The notes below the pieces were generated by a model, which did no database searches, was not told where the DNA came from, and was given only the letters and a program-made list of their open reading frames with translations. A stretch of DNA of 45,136 nt, from NCBI RefSeq assembly GCF_004010195.1, contig NC_057718.1, forward strand, positions 72,921,642-72,966,777, written 5' to 3'. The position numbers were made by a program, and so were the translations under genes. This DNA comes from Chiloscyllium plagiosum (Eukaryota). Every line of letters begins with the position of its first letter. The stretch's first letter is position 1. Positions 22,253 through 33,913 of the stretch are shown here, in pieces.

Positions 22253-22830
22253 TGATGAAGATCTCGACCCACGGGAGGGGTCCCTTAGTTCCGTGACTGA
22301 TCAAATAAACACCAGCAATTCAGTCTAGTTCTGCAAGATCTCACACTTTATTACCATGGCCAGGCTCACATTGTCCAGCAACACAGAGGATAAACACTTC
22401 TGTGTGCCTTGGAGAAACTGCGCAAATGGCTTAAAACAAAAACAATTTTTATATGGTTCTTAAGGAATAGTACAGCCATAATTACAGAGCGAATCCAATA
22501 AAATGGCATTATAGATATAAGGTTAAGCCAATGATACTTCATGAGAACTAACTTCATTTTGCACATTTTATCTCTCAGCACCTGTGTCTCCAAGGTTAGC
22601 TGGGATGGTTATTAATGTCCTATCTAGCTTAGTTAATTCCATATTGTGAAGGAAGCATTGTCTGTTAATCTTTGGTTCAGATAGTTCAGGAATGCAGCTT
22701 TTAGCAGAGTTAAAACCCATTTTAAACAGAATTGTCAATTTGCAGCTTAGAAGCCATTTTGTTATGTTACTTGCATTAAGAAGCCATTTTGTTGTTAGTA
22801 AGGGAATGTATTAAATGGTTGCTCCTGACA
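22253..22830 (-). mobile_element. Putative solo LTR (retroviral/ERV-like), sense to the host gene
   Basis: The minus strand starts TGTCAGG and ends TTCATCA. It has duplicated caaaatggcttct motifs in the U3-like part, TATAAAA at 22447-22453 and AATAAA at 22347-22352 in LTR order. No clean TSD was found. Confidence 0.5.
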
Positions 22831-22920
22831 ACAGCCTAAATTCAGATTTTAATTCCTCACTGCCAATAAATGGTCTGTTAACTTTCAATCTTCTTTATAA
22901 TTAGAATCTGAGGAAATGCA

Positions 22921-23194
22921 GGCATCCCGCCTCAGGCGACTCTCTGTGTGAGTTTGCACATTCTCCCCGTGTCTGCGTGGGTTTCCTCCGGGTGCTCCGG
23001 TTTCCTCCCACAATCCAAAAAATGTGCGGGTTAGGTGCCTATTGTATTCAGGAATGTGTAGGTTAGGCACATTAGTCAGGGGTAAATGTAGAATAATAGG
23101 TTAGGGGAATGGGTCTGGATTGGTCACTCTTCGGAGGGTTGGTATGGGCTTGTTGGGCCGAATGGCCTGTTTCCACACTGTAGGGATTCATTCT
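22921..23194 (+). mobile_element. HE1/V-SINE (5'-truncated)
   Basis: Conserved V-domain gagtttgcacattctccccgtgtctgcgtgggtttcctccgggtgctccggtttcctcccaca with CR1-like tail gggccgaatggcctgtttccacactgtagggattc. Confidence 0.88.
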
Positions 23195-23395
23195 AATAGT
23201 TGAGGCCGTTTGGAAGCCATGACGCATCACTATGAAACAGTGAAGAGTTCATTTCCTGTTCCTTAGGCCATGTTGCCATAGCAATAAGAATCTCTGACCC
23301 GACTTGCTACATAAGAATCACCCATTGTGCTCAGAAATGTTCCCTAGTCTGTCTGTATTCACTCTCCTTCCTCACATTCTTGACATGAGAATTTT

Positions 23396-23795
23396 AGAGT
23401 CATAGAGATGTACAGCATGGAAACAGACCCTTCGGTCCAACTCATCCATGCCGACCAGATATCCTTACCTAATCTAGTCCCATTTGCCAGCATTTGGCCC
23501 CTATCTCTCTAAACCTTTCCTATTCATACCCATCCTGAAGGTCTCCACCAATTCCTCTAGCAGCTCATTCCATACATCCACCAGCCTTTGTGTGAGAAAG
23601 TTGCTCCTTAGGTCCGTTTTAAATCTTTCCCCTCTCACCTTAAACCTATGCCCTCTAGTGCTGGACTTCCTTAGCCCAGGGAAAAGACCTTGTCTATTTA
23701 CCCTATGCATGGCCCTCACAGTTTTATAAACCTCTATAAGGTCACCTCTCAGCCTCCGACGCTCCAGGGAAAACAGCCCCAGCCTGTTCAGCCTC
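23396..23795 (-). mobile_element. CR1 3' end running into assembly gap
   Basis: RLNRLGLFSLERRRLRGDLIEVYK..TRGHRFKVRGERF, with tail ctctatgactcta. Confidence 0.9.
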
Positions 23796-24589
23796 NNNNN
23801 NNNNNNNNNNNNNNNNNNNNNNNNNNNNNNNNNNNNNNNNNNNNNNNNNNNNNNNNNNNNNNNNNNNNNNNNNNNNNNNNNNNNNNNNNNNNNNNNNNNN
23901 NNNNNNNNNNNNNNNNNNNNNNNNNNNNNNNNNNNNNNNNNNNNNNNNNNNNNNNNNNNNNNNNNNNNNNNNNNNNNNNNNNNNNNNNNNNNNNNNNNNN
24001 NNNNNNNNNNNNNNNNNNNNNNNNNNNNNNNNNNNNNNNNNNNNNNNNNNNNNNNNNNNNNNNNNNNNNNNNNNNNNNNNNNNNNNNNNNNNNNNNNNNN
24101 NNNNNNNNNNNNNNNNNNNNNNNNNNNNNNNNNNNNNNNNNNNNNNNNNNNNNNNNNNNNNNNNNNNNNNNNNNNNNNNNNNNNNNNNNNNNNNNNNNNN
24201 NNNNNNNNNNNNNNNNNNNNNNNNNNNNNNNNNNNNNNNNNNNNNNNNNNNNNNNNNNNNNNNNNNNNNNNNNNNNNNNNNNNNNNNNNNNNNNNNNNNN
24301 NNNNNNNNNNNNNNNNNNNNNNNNNNNNNNNNNNNNNNNNNNNNNNNNNNNNNNNNNNNNNNNNNNNNNNNNNNNNNNNNNNNNNNNNNNNNNNNNNNNN
24401 NNNNNNNNNNNNNNNNNNNNNNNNNNNNNNNNNNNNNNNNNNNNNNNNNNNNNNNNNNNNNNNNNNNNNNNNNNNNNNNNNNNNNNNNNNNNNNNNNNNN
24501 NNNNNNNNNNNNNNNNNNNNNNNNNNNNNNNNNNNNNNNNNNNNNNNNNNNNNNNNNNNNNNNNNNNNNNNNNNNNNNNNNNNNNNNNN

Positions 24590-24787
24590 TATCACCCTCA
24601 CCTTGACCTCTTTCCACCTATCACATTTCCGACGCCCCTCCCCCCAAGTCCCTCCTCCCTACCTTTTATCTTAGCCTGCTGGACAAACTTTCCTCATTCC
24701 AGAAGGGCTTATGCCCGAAACGTCGATTCTCCTGTTCCCTGGATGCTGCCTGACCTGCTGCGCTTTTCCAGCAACACATTTTCAGCA
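24590..24787 (+). mobile_element. Neptune-type PLE 3' terminus with hammerhead motif lacking 3 core nt (24695-24728)
   Basis: cattcc(tga deleted)agaagggc-ttat-gcccGAAACGTCgatt...ggatgctgcctgacctgctg. Confidence 0.75.
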
Positions 24788-24961
24788 ATAGGAAATGTAG
24801 TTGACAAAGCAGTCAATTTTAAAGCAGTATAACGAAAACAGGAAATTCTAAAAATACATAGCAGATCCAAAAACATCTTGAGAAAAAAAAAGATTGTGTG
24901 TGTATGCACGTGCACTCTTCAAATGGTTCTGAATAATAAATGGCTCTTCAAATAATCCGAA

Positions 24962-25082
24962 AAACCAAAAGAACTGCATATGCTGTAAATCCGAAACACA
25001 CAAATTGCTGGAAAAGCTCAGCAGGTCTGGCAGCATCTGGGAAGAGAAATTAAAGTTAACATTTCTGGTCCGGTGACCCTTT
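24962..25082 (-). mobile_element. Short PLE-terminus fragment (same family as 7521-7728)
   Basis: aaattgctggaaaagctcagcaggtctggcagcatctg..agttaacatttc..gtgaccct. Confidence 0.7.
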
Positions 25083-25471
25083 CTAATAAATAATCTCTCT
25101 CAAATAGTCTACTTGTAACACACACTATTTTCACTTCAGATTTCCAATAATGCAGTTTCCTTCTTTTTGTTTAATTCCAAGGTACTTCCTTGGTCAAAGT
25201 ATCCATACAATAGGTTATCATTTTCTAAACCAAACTGGTAAATTTATAATTTGAACATTCAAATCACAGCATGTGTGGCAATGGCTGTTACATGATATTA
25301 TTAGCTAACCATTGCCAAGGATACAAAAATGAACAGAAACTGATTTGAGGAGGGTTATTGACTTCAATAAAGTTAAGTAGAATGTTACAAAACTGTACCT
25401 ACTTAATGTTACATCTATTTGATGACTGTCTTGGGGACAAAATCAATTTCGTTATCCATCTTTTAATATTA

Positions 25472-25890
25472 GCCTTGGTAGTACTCTGCCTGAGTCAAAG
25501 ACTGTGGATTCAAACCAACATAATCAGGACTTTTCCGTACAACCTAAGCTAATACTTCAATGTAGTACTCAGATCTACAATGGCAAACTGCCAAATTTTG
25601 GAAAAATACCAAAAATGTCAGTCTATTTACCCTCCAACTGTTTATGAAAGATTCATTTGGGCCTTTTGAAGAGGGGGCAGTTAAATTTTCTAGACCTATA
25701 ACCTTATTGATTAAATTACCTAAAAGCCAAGCTGGCAGTTATTTAATATGCTGTAGTGGGATCTTGTTCTGCACATATACTTACTTACAAAACAATTATG
25801 ATTATATTTCAAAAGAAACGGTTTGGAATGTTCTTAGAAATCCTGAGAATGTGAAAGATGTCCTGAGTGCAATTTCTTTACTCTTACTGT
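25472..25890 (+). mobile_element. Ancient DeuSINE (SacSINE1/AmnSINE1-like)
   Basis: tRNA-like head ttggtagtactctgcctgagtcaaagactgtggattcaa, Deu-like core gaaagattc..tttgaagagg..gctgtagtgggatcttg and 3' tail cctgagaatgtgaaagatg..gcaatttcttt. Confidence 0.6.
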
Positions 25891-26086
25891 AATTATCTTT
25901 GTACAATATGCAGAAGTTAGGTTCTCTAGGTGTTTAACTGCTGAAAACATGGGCCAGTTTACAACAGTTTGCTCTTTGCCCTCATAACCAAACGTTTTCC
26001 CTAATATATGTTCAAAGCAAAAATGACTGACAAATAGTTCTCAAACATAGCATGCAATGGAACTTTGCACAATAGATTATTCATAC

Positions 26087-26228
26087 CTCTGATTGTATGA
26101 CCTTAATAAGAAAGAATATATGATAAACTGTTTTGGACAACATAGAGAATTGCTGACAGCATTCCAGAAAGGTCTGTGTGGAAGACTCCACCCGTTGCTG
26201 CAGTTTGCTCCAGAAGAGTGTCAGTTCC
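26087..26228 (-). CDS. ZNF292/RLF: Internal coding exon (142 nt) of the ZNF292/RLF gene: (W)ELTLFWSKLQQRVESSTQTFLECCQQFSMLSKTVYHIFFLIKVIQSE
   Basis: Acceptor ttttgatttcag|G and donor GAG|gtatga. Phases match both neighbouring exons, and the peptide matches the conserved ZNF292/RLF N-terminal helical region. It is absent from the ORF track and was found by manual translation. Confidence 0.93.
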
Positions 26229-26789
26229 CTGAAATCAAAAGTATTTAGTTGTTACTGATTTCAAAATACCAGAGCATATGGTGTCAAGGGATAATGAGGA
26301 GCATGGATTGCTAGCTGGCTACAAAACAGAAAAAAAACAAGAGTAGCTACTCTGCATAGCAGTTGATGGATAACAATGCTCCACGTGCACTGACACTGGA
26401 ATCACAGCTGTTCACAATCTATAAACAATTTGGAACTGAGAATCAGAAGAACAGTTTCAAAATCTGTGAATGATTCTAAACTGAAGGGTGAACCTTAACA
26501 CTGAAGAAAATATGATAAAATAAAGAATTATTACTAACAAAAACACTAAATAGGTAAGCATTTGGTGAATACATTTTAAAAGGGGGAAATGAGAGATGGC
26601 ACATTTGAAGAATAAAGAAGTCACACACTTCTTGGATGAGAGTCTAAATGGGGTAGAGGAACAGATATATGAATCACGACAAGTAGCAACAGCAAGGACA
26701 AAGCAGACCAAGCACTGGAATTCATTACCAGGGAAACTTATTTATAAGCTGCTTTTAGACTATGATTGGAAGTATTGTGCATAGCTCAG

Positions 26790-27480
26790 GTTATTTGGGA
26801 GGATCAAATTTAGGTGCAAATTATACTGTAAACAGCAGAACCCTGAGGAACATTAAAATACAGATGGATCTGGGCTTGCAGGTCCACAGTTCCCTAAAAA
26901 TAGCAACACAGGTGGGTAAGATTATTGAGAAGGCATATGGCATGTATATGGAGTACAAAAATTGGCAAACCATGTTCCAGCTATATAAAACCTTTGTTCG
27001 GTCGCATTTGGAATACTGTGGGCAGTTTTGCTTGCCACACTAACAGAAGGACATAAAAGCTTTGGAGAGTATGCAGAGAAGATTCACCAGGATGTTGCCT
27101 GGTATCGAGGGGTTAAAAAGACTGAGAATATTTTCACTGGAAAGATAGTAGCTGAAAGAAGACCTGATTGAGGTCTACAAAATTATGAGAGGCATAGATA
27201 GGGTGGATAGTCAGAAGCTTTTCCTATGGTTAAAGTTTCAATTACAAGGGGGCACAGGTTCAGGGTGAGGGAGGTTTTTCAGAATGGCAGGAGCCTGGAA
27301 GAGGTGGTGGAAACAGGCACATTGGCAACCTTTAAGAGGCATCTGGACGGTTACATGACTAGGGAGGGATATGGACAGAATAAAGGTTTGGCTTTTAGGT
27401 AAGACCATGATGATTGGCACAGGCTTGGAAGGCTAAGGGCCGCTCCTGTGCTGCATTTCTCTTTTGTTCTTCTATTATAC
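26790..27480 (+). mobile_element. CR1 3' fragment
   Basis: DLGLQVHSSLKIATQV..LYKTFVRSHLEYCGQF, ending in a CR1-type tail. Confidence 0.8.
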
Positions 27481-27529
27481 TATATAAGGCATAGATAAAT
27501 TCTGAATAAAGCCCAAAAGTAGATTCACA

Positions 27530-28078
27530 AGGATATGGCGAGGCCACTGTTGGAATACTGTGAACAATTCTGGTCTCCTTCCTATCGGAAGGATGTTGTG
27601 AAACCGAAAAGGCTTCAGACAAGATTTACAAGGATGTTGCCAGGGTTGGAGAATAGGGAGAGGTTGCCAGGGTTGGAGAATAGTGAGAGGTCTGTCTCCC
27701 TGGAGTTTTGGAGGCTGAGGTAAAGGTTTATAAAATTATGAGGGGCATGGATAGGATAAACAGACAAAGTATTTTCCCTGGGGTGGGGGAGTCCAGAACT
27801 AGAGGGCATAGATTTAGGATGAGAAGGGAAAGATATTAAAGAGACCTAAAAGGCAACTTTTCATTCTGAGGGTGGTACGTGTATGGAATGAGCTGCCAGA
27901 CGAAGAGGTACAATTGCAACATTTAAAAGGCATCTGGATGGGTATATGAATAGGAAGGGTTTGGAGGGATATGGACTGGGTGCCGGCAAGTGGGACTAGA
28001 TTGGTTTGGGATATCTGACCAGCATGGACAAGTTGAAACGAAGGGTGTGTTTCCATGCTGTATATCTCTATGACTCTT
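27530..28078 (+). mobile_element. CR1 3' fragment
   Basis: RPLLEYCEQFWSPSYRKDVVK..RFTRMLPGL, with tail gctgtatatctctatgactc. Confidence 0.85.
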
Positions 28079-29320
28079 TACTAGCACTAAAACTATATCC
28101 TTGACTTGCAAGTTAGAACTCTTTTCCAGAGGGAGAACAAGTTGTGGTTGATCTACTAGAGATCTTTAAGATTATGGAAGGACGTAATTAGAAAAATGCT
28201 TCCATTGCATGCTCATTAGGTGTCATCATAAATAAAATTGTTAGTATGTATTTCAAAAGAAGTTTTGTTAATCAAAGCGGAGACAATATACAATGAGGAA
28301 GCATTTCTTTCTATTTGAAATTTTAGATTAGCGAATAGATTTATAATTAACGTAAAGATGTAGAAATAAGTATTGCGTGAACAAACCAAGTTGAGAAGGG
28401 TGGACATGAGAACGGTGAGACAAAGTATAGTTGAGCTGAATAGTTTTATTAGCTCAAGATTAGCTTTATTAAAATGTGGTCAAGATCATAAATATTTATA
28501 ATGGAGTAATTACAGAGAAACTTTTTCTAATCATAGAAGGGGACCCTACTTTTAAGTGGACTGTCAAATAGATAGACTACATGCAATATAAGGAACTTGT
28601 CTTTTTAAGAATGAGTTTTGGTGATCAATGATTTGGTGATCAATGATGTGGTGAGAGAGAGTGGCAGAAATGGATTCAATAGAACTGTTCAAAAGAAAAT
28701 TATTAGAAGGAAAGAAACTACTGAAATGAAGAGGAGCAAGGAATTCATCATCCAGCTCCAAACAGCACAAGCACAATAGGTCAGATGACCTATTTCTGTA
28801 CTGTACCTATAATTTAAAGATTCATTTAGATATTAAGGGGAAAGGAACAGAAGTACATGTAGATAGGGTTAGATGAAGGGGGAATGGAAGGAAGCTTGTG
28901 TGGAGCATAAACAATGGCGTGGACATGTAAGATTAAAGCGTCAGGTCTGGGGTGCAGATGTAAGAAAGAACATAAGAAATGAAGAGCAGAAGATCAAACA
29001 GTCCTTTGAACCTTAGCCACAGTTGATAGTAACAGTTGATCTGATTGTGATATTAACTCCACATTTCCACCTGATCTCATAACTCTTGACATTCTTGTTG
29101 AGCAAACATCAACTTCAGCCTTGAATGTAATCAATAACCAGTTCACTGGGAAAGATAATTCTAAACACTACTATCTGAGAAAATAAATTCCTCCTTATCC
29201 ACATCAATATAGCAAGAGTTAATGCTGCTGTCTAGGGTTAATTGATTATATTTATTCAGTTTTTAATTAAACAGGGAAACAGGTGGTATTGGGTGACTGA
29301 ACAGTCAAACTCAAGACAGA

Positions 29321-29438
29321 GGGCCCTCTTGTGGTGCACTAGTAGTGTACCCATCCCTGGATCAGGAGAGCCAGGTTCAAGTCTCATCTGCTCCAGTGGT
29401 GTCTAACATCATCTCTGAACAGGTTGCTTACAAAAATA
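29321..29438 (+). mobile_element. Copy of the short tRNA-derived SINE-like element seen at 19186-19563 (a further copy at ~29790-29895)
   Basis: cttgtggtgcactagtagtgtaccc..caggagagccaggttcaagtctcatctgctccag..atctctgaacaggttg. Confidence 0.7.
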
Positions 29439-29986
29439 GGTTAAAACATTTAAAAAATATATAAATTCAAGACACCCCTTCCAGCTCCATTTTGATTTAG
29501 CACTCTTCCTCTCTTCCTCACTCCCCCTCATCTTTGATGGTGTGCATTGCCCTTAATTGGCTTTGCACATAAATTATACAATTGGAAACATGGGTCACTT
29601 ATTGGTGGTGATTACTAGATAGAAAAAATGCACAGATGATTTGGTGATAGGAATGGATGCCCACTAGTGGGCAACATTGTCTGGCAGAGCTAGGGAAAGA
29701 TTTCATCAATTATATAAAAATAAAAATAAACAGGGTTAGTTGGACAGGGTGGGGGGCTTGCATTTTGGTTGACCGGTAACTCTGTCTACGGTTCTTATGA
29801 TACAGTAATTATGGCCCTACTTCTGGATGAGGCGGCCCACGTTCAAGTCCCATATACACAAGACACGTCTGGACAGGTTGATTAGAAAGCATCTAAACTG
29901 TCAATACCTTTTCCTTGTGGATAAAGTTCTATTTTACCAACAGGTTTAGGTCCAAGTTGACAATGTCTTAAATGGGAAAAACACTT

Positions 29987-30290
29987 TAGATTAGATTATT
30001 TAGTGTGGAAACAGGCCCTTCGGCCCAACAAGTCCACACCGACCCGCCGAAGTGCAACCCACCCATACTCCTACATTTACCCCTTTACCTAACACTATGG
30101 ACAATTTAGCATGGCCAATTCACCTGACCTGCATATCTTTGGACTGTGGGAGGAACTGGAGCACCTGGAAGAAACCCACGCAAATACGGGGAGAATGTGC
30201 AAACTCCACACAGTCAGTCGCCTGAGAGGGGAATTGAACCCGGGTCTTTGGCACTGTGAGGCAGCAGTGCTAACCACTGTGCCGCCCATA
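29987..30290 (-). mobile_element. Full-length HE1/V-SINE
   Basis: Minus strand: tRNA head gggcggcacagtggttagcactgctgcctcacag..ccgggttcaattccc (A and B boxes), V-core and (TCTAA)n tail. Confidence 0.9.
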
Positions 30291-31723
30291 TTTTTAAAAC
30301 TATGTCAACTAGCTCTCAATTTGTCCAGGAGAGGATATATCCTCTCAGCATCTACCTTGTCAAGGCCCCTTAGATTCTTCTGATTCATTAAGATCATCTG
30401 ATTATTCCACGGATATAAGCCAAGCCTGCTTGACCTGTCCTCATGAGAAAAAACATTCAGCCCAGGAATCAGCCCACTGAACCTTCTCTGAATTTCCAAT
30501 GCAAGTATGTCAATTTGCCTTCTTAATTATTTGCATACTTCCTCTGCTACTTCAATTCCCAGTCTTGTCTGGTCTACCTGGATCATATATTCACTGTGGT
30601 AGAGGGTGACTTTCTCCTACTTGTGCTATTTTGTGTCAGACATTGGGAACACAGGTCTCTATGCGGGAACATAGAGCAGGGAGCAAGTCAAACAACACCA
30701 TAACTTTATCTGTTAATACAACACAGTGAAACATTACCACATCACTTCCATTATTACAAACATTAGTCCTTTGAAACTAGTAACCCTTTACTGTATGCAG
30801 ATACACAAAGACCAATAACATTTGCTTTTCTAATATTTATGAAGTTTGGGAACAAAGTAAACTCAAACAAAATTATTTCTATAAAAAATTAGCACTAAAG
30901 GAAATTTCTGTGTGTTCGCAGAGAAAACAATTATAATTTCTTTTAAAAAAAGCAATATAGTTGATATAAAGCAAAATAAGGTCTCAATTTAACTCATTGT
31001 AGGTTAGTGTACTCATTATTCAAGTTGTTTGACTCCTGAAGAACTATGGTTCTAATGCCAATTGCACAGATACTTTTACTCAATTTAATCAGCTAACATA
31101 CATGGAAATTTGGGGATACAGTAGGTTAGTATGCTCAACACTAATCGGTGGAGCTTGGATATAGTCTCAACTCGTTCTGGGTGGGTTTGTGGGAGCTCAT
31201 TTGGTGGTAACGTTGATCTGCAATGTGGAACTATACACTAAAGACTGCAAGATCACTGAGGTCATAAGATTAAAGCAAATGCAAGAATTTACAGTGATGA
31301 TGGATTAGGATTACTTTTATAAGGTTATCTAAAAGCACATTTATATGGTTGACTATAGAGGACTTCATATCTGCGTGTGCAATTCTTGCTTGAAAGTGCT
31401 TGATGCTGATTTTGAACACCTAAAATGAAAAAAAAAAATTCCTTTGTTTAGCACTCTTAAAGTTCATCAGAGAAAAAAGTGCCAACACAACACACTTAAA
31501 TCAGGCTATACAGACATGGCCAAAACACCAATTGAAAGGAGACTGGATCTCTGTATTGTTAAACAGTTTTGAAAAGATCAGCCATCTGGAAATGATGAAT
31601 CTGCTTTCATAGAGCTGGTGAAACTTGAGAACCATCTATTAAGGTGAGTCTTCACACAATCAGATAAACTAGAGGTTCCTGTAATATCATGTAATTCACC
31701 TCCACAGAAGGCAAGTGACTCAC

Positions 31724-31860
31724 CATGCACAGTATACATCGCCCTGCTGAAGCTGCCGTGTGAGGAAAGCTGTGCACAAGATGAGGGCCAGGTTGTCTTC
31801 TCCATCAGACTCCAAGTTACATATCATCTCCAATGCATCCTTGCAGTCAACTGCTGAGAT
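31724..31860 (-). CDS. ZNF292/RLF: Internal coding exon (137 nt) of the ZNF292/RLF gene: ISAVDCKDALEMICNLESDGEDNLALILCTAFLTRQLQQGDVYCA(W)
   Basis: Acceptor tttctatttaag|ATC and donor TG|gtgagt. The split Trp codon (TG+G) joins the next exon, and the peptide matches the family motif VDCKDALEMICNLES...QLQQGD.YCAWELTLFWSKLQ. Confidence 0.93.
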
Positions 31861-32277
31861 CTTAAATAGAAACACAAATGAGTATTTGTGGATTCCAGTT
31901 AAAACACTTTTTAACGCAACTAAACAATAACTCAAATCTCTGGAACACTACCAGCCAGAAGCTGGGAAAAATGGCAACTGAAGATCAAACAAGTCGGTTT
32001 AGAGGTGATCTGAGAAGGTACACAGTAATGTTGGATAAATTTAGGAAATAAGTGCCAAATTTGTTAGACCATGATGGCTGAAGGCAATGTCACTTTTGGT
32101 GGACTGGGGGTGAAGACAGTCAAGAGCAGACACAAATATAAAAGGTGAAGGTAGATTTGAATCTGCCAATAAATCCACCTTTCCTGTGATTCAATGATTC
32201 AAGTCCAGTGAGCCTTCTGTAGAATTGACTGTAGCTAGGAAATAGTTGGTATATGCATTGAAGAAGTGGTGGGGAGG

Positions 32278-33895
32278 TGTTATGAAGTCAAAAGCATGTA
32301 TGCTCCCTTGAAGGGAGACAGGGTGCTTTTCAGAGTTGAAATTTTGACAGCATGTGCTTCTGAGAGTTGACAGAGTCACAGAGAGTACTGAGAATTGAAA
32401 GTAACAACTGGCAATAAGGTTATTAACATTAGCTTAAGTTGGGTTCTTTTTAAAACGTTAAGGCAACTGCTTTTGAATATAAGCAATTGTTTAAAATATG
32501 CCCAGTAAACCAAAAACCAATTGAATTTAAATTAGATTGCATTAACCATATCGGACCAATAAGATGGTAGGAGTAATGAGAGTTATAACCCTCAAAAGAA
32601 ATCTCTCAGAATGCACCATCTATTTCAAAGGCATTTGTTAGTTAAAAATACTCAGTAGAAAGTAAGAAGACCATCCAAGAGAAGACAGCAGATTCAGGGA
32701 AAAAACAAAGGGGAAGGCTGGCTGAAGAATTTATTAATGACTTGGAAGAGGGAGTCGAAGGGTGGGTCAGGAAGTTTGCAGATGATACGAAGATTGGTGG
32801 AGTTGTGGATAGTGAGGAAGCCTGTTGTTGGCTGCAAAGAGACTTAGATATGATGCAGAGCTGGGCTGAGGAGTGGCAGATGGAGTTCAACCCTGCCAAG
32901 TGTGAGGTTGTCCATTTTGGAAGGACAAATAAGAATGCGGAATACAGGGTTAACGGTAGGGTTCTTAGTAAAGTGGAGGAGCAGAGGGGTCTTGGGGTCT
33001 ATGTTCATAGATCTTTGAAAGTTGCCACTCAGGTGGATAGAGCTTGTAAGAAGGCCTATGGTGTATTAGCGTTCATTAGCAGAGGGATTGAATTCAAGAG
33101 TTGTGAAGTGATGTTGCAGCTGTACAGGACCTTGGTTAGTCCACATTTGGAGTACTGTGTGCAGTTCTGGTCGCTTCACTTTAGGAAAGATGTGGAAGCT
33201 TTGGAGAGGGTGCAGAGAAGATTTACCAGGATGTTGCCTGGAATGGAGAATAGGTTGTACGAGGATAGGTTGAGAGTGCTAGGCCTTTTCTCATTGGAAC
33301 GGCGAAGGATGAGGGGTGACTTGATAGAGGTTTATAACATGATCAGAGGAATAGATAGACAGTCAGAAACTTTTTCCCCGGGTACAACAGAGTGTTACAA
33401 GGGGACATAAATTTAAGGTGAAGGGTGGAAGGTATAGGGGGGATGTCAGGGGTAAGTTCTTTACCCAGAGAGTGGTGGGGGCATGGAATGCGCTGCCTGC
33501 GGGACTGGCAGACTCAGAATCATTGGCAACCTTTAAGCGGCAATTGGATAGGTACATGGATGGGTGCTTAAGCTAGGACAAATGTTCAGCACAACATTGT
33601 GGGCCGAAGGGCCTGTTCTGTGCTGTATTGTTCTATGTTCTAGGAAAGAAGACCATCTGTGTGGACTTTAAGAGACTAAATGCTAATTTACTATTATTGT
33701 CTCTTTGGAACATATTAATAAAATTGTGGTCAACTAAGGGATAGTTTTGTTAGTGTTCACTTATGTTTTATTTATATAGTGGAAATCAGGGATCTTCTTT
33801 CAATCATACGTTTTTAACAGATTATGAGGCGAAGCTATCTTCTCTGGAGGTTTTTAGTTTAATTAGCAGAGAGGTTTGACCTCAATGTTGTAATA
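32278..33895 (+). repeat. 5' LTR of the Gypsy element (interrupted by CR1 at 32730-33642)
   Basis: Runs TGTTATGAAGTC...GTAATA, is colinear with 43761-44100 and is followed directly by the PBS. Confidence 0.8.
32730..33642 (+). mobile_element. Relatively young 5'-truncated CR1 inserted in the 5' LTR
   Basis: 222-aa open RT C-terminus (KFADDTKIGG..HLEYCVQFW..RRRMRGDLIEVY) and tail gctgtattgttctatgttcta. Confidence 0.92.
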
Positions 33896-33898
33896 GAC

Positions 33899-33913
33899 CG
33901 GGGGCTCATCGTC
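33899..33913 (+). promoter_or_regulatory. Degenerate primer-binding site, tRNA-Pro-like
   Basis: cgggggctcatc just after the LTR end resembles the tRNA-Pro PBS TGGGGGCTCGTCC. Confidence 0.6.

Noticed and set aside
22252..22290. ctgatgaag as another hammerhead core
   Set aside because: No stem II followed by GAAA; it coincides with the end of the putative solo LTR.
23796..24589. Possible hidden coding exon in the intronic gap
   Set aside because: The flanking exons join in phase and give a continuous family sequence (VIQSE|AGEAG). Both gap flanks are TE ends.
27635..27690. 27-bp duplication (LPGLEN repeated) and the 15-bp repeat at ~28619-28655
   Set aside because: Trivial slippage inside dead CR1 fragments.
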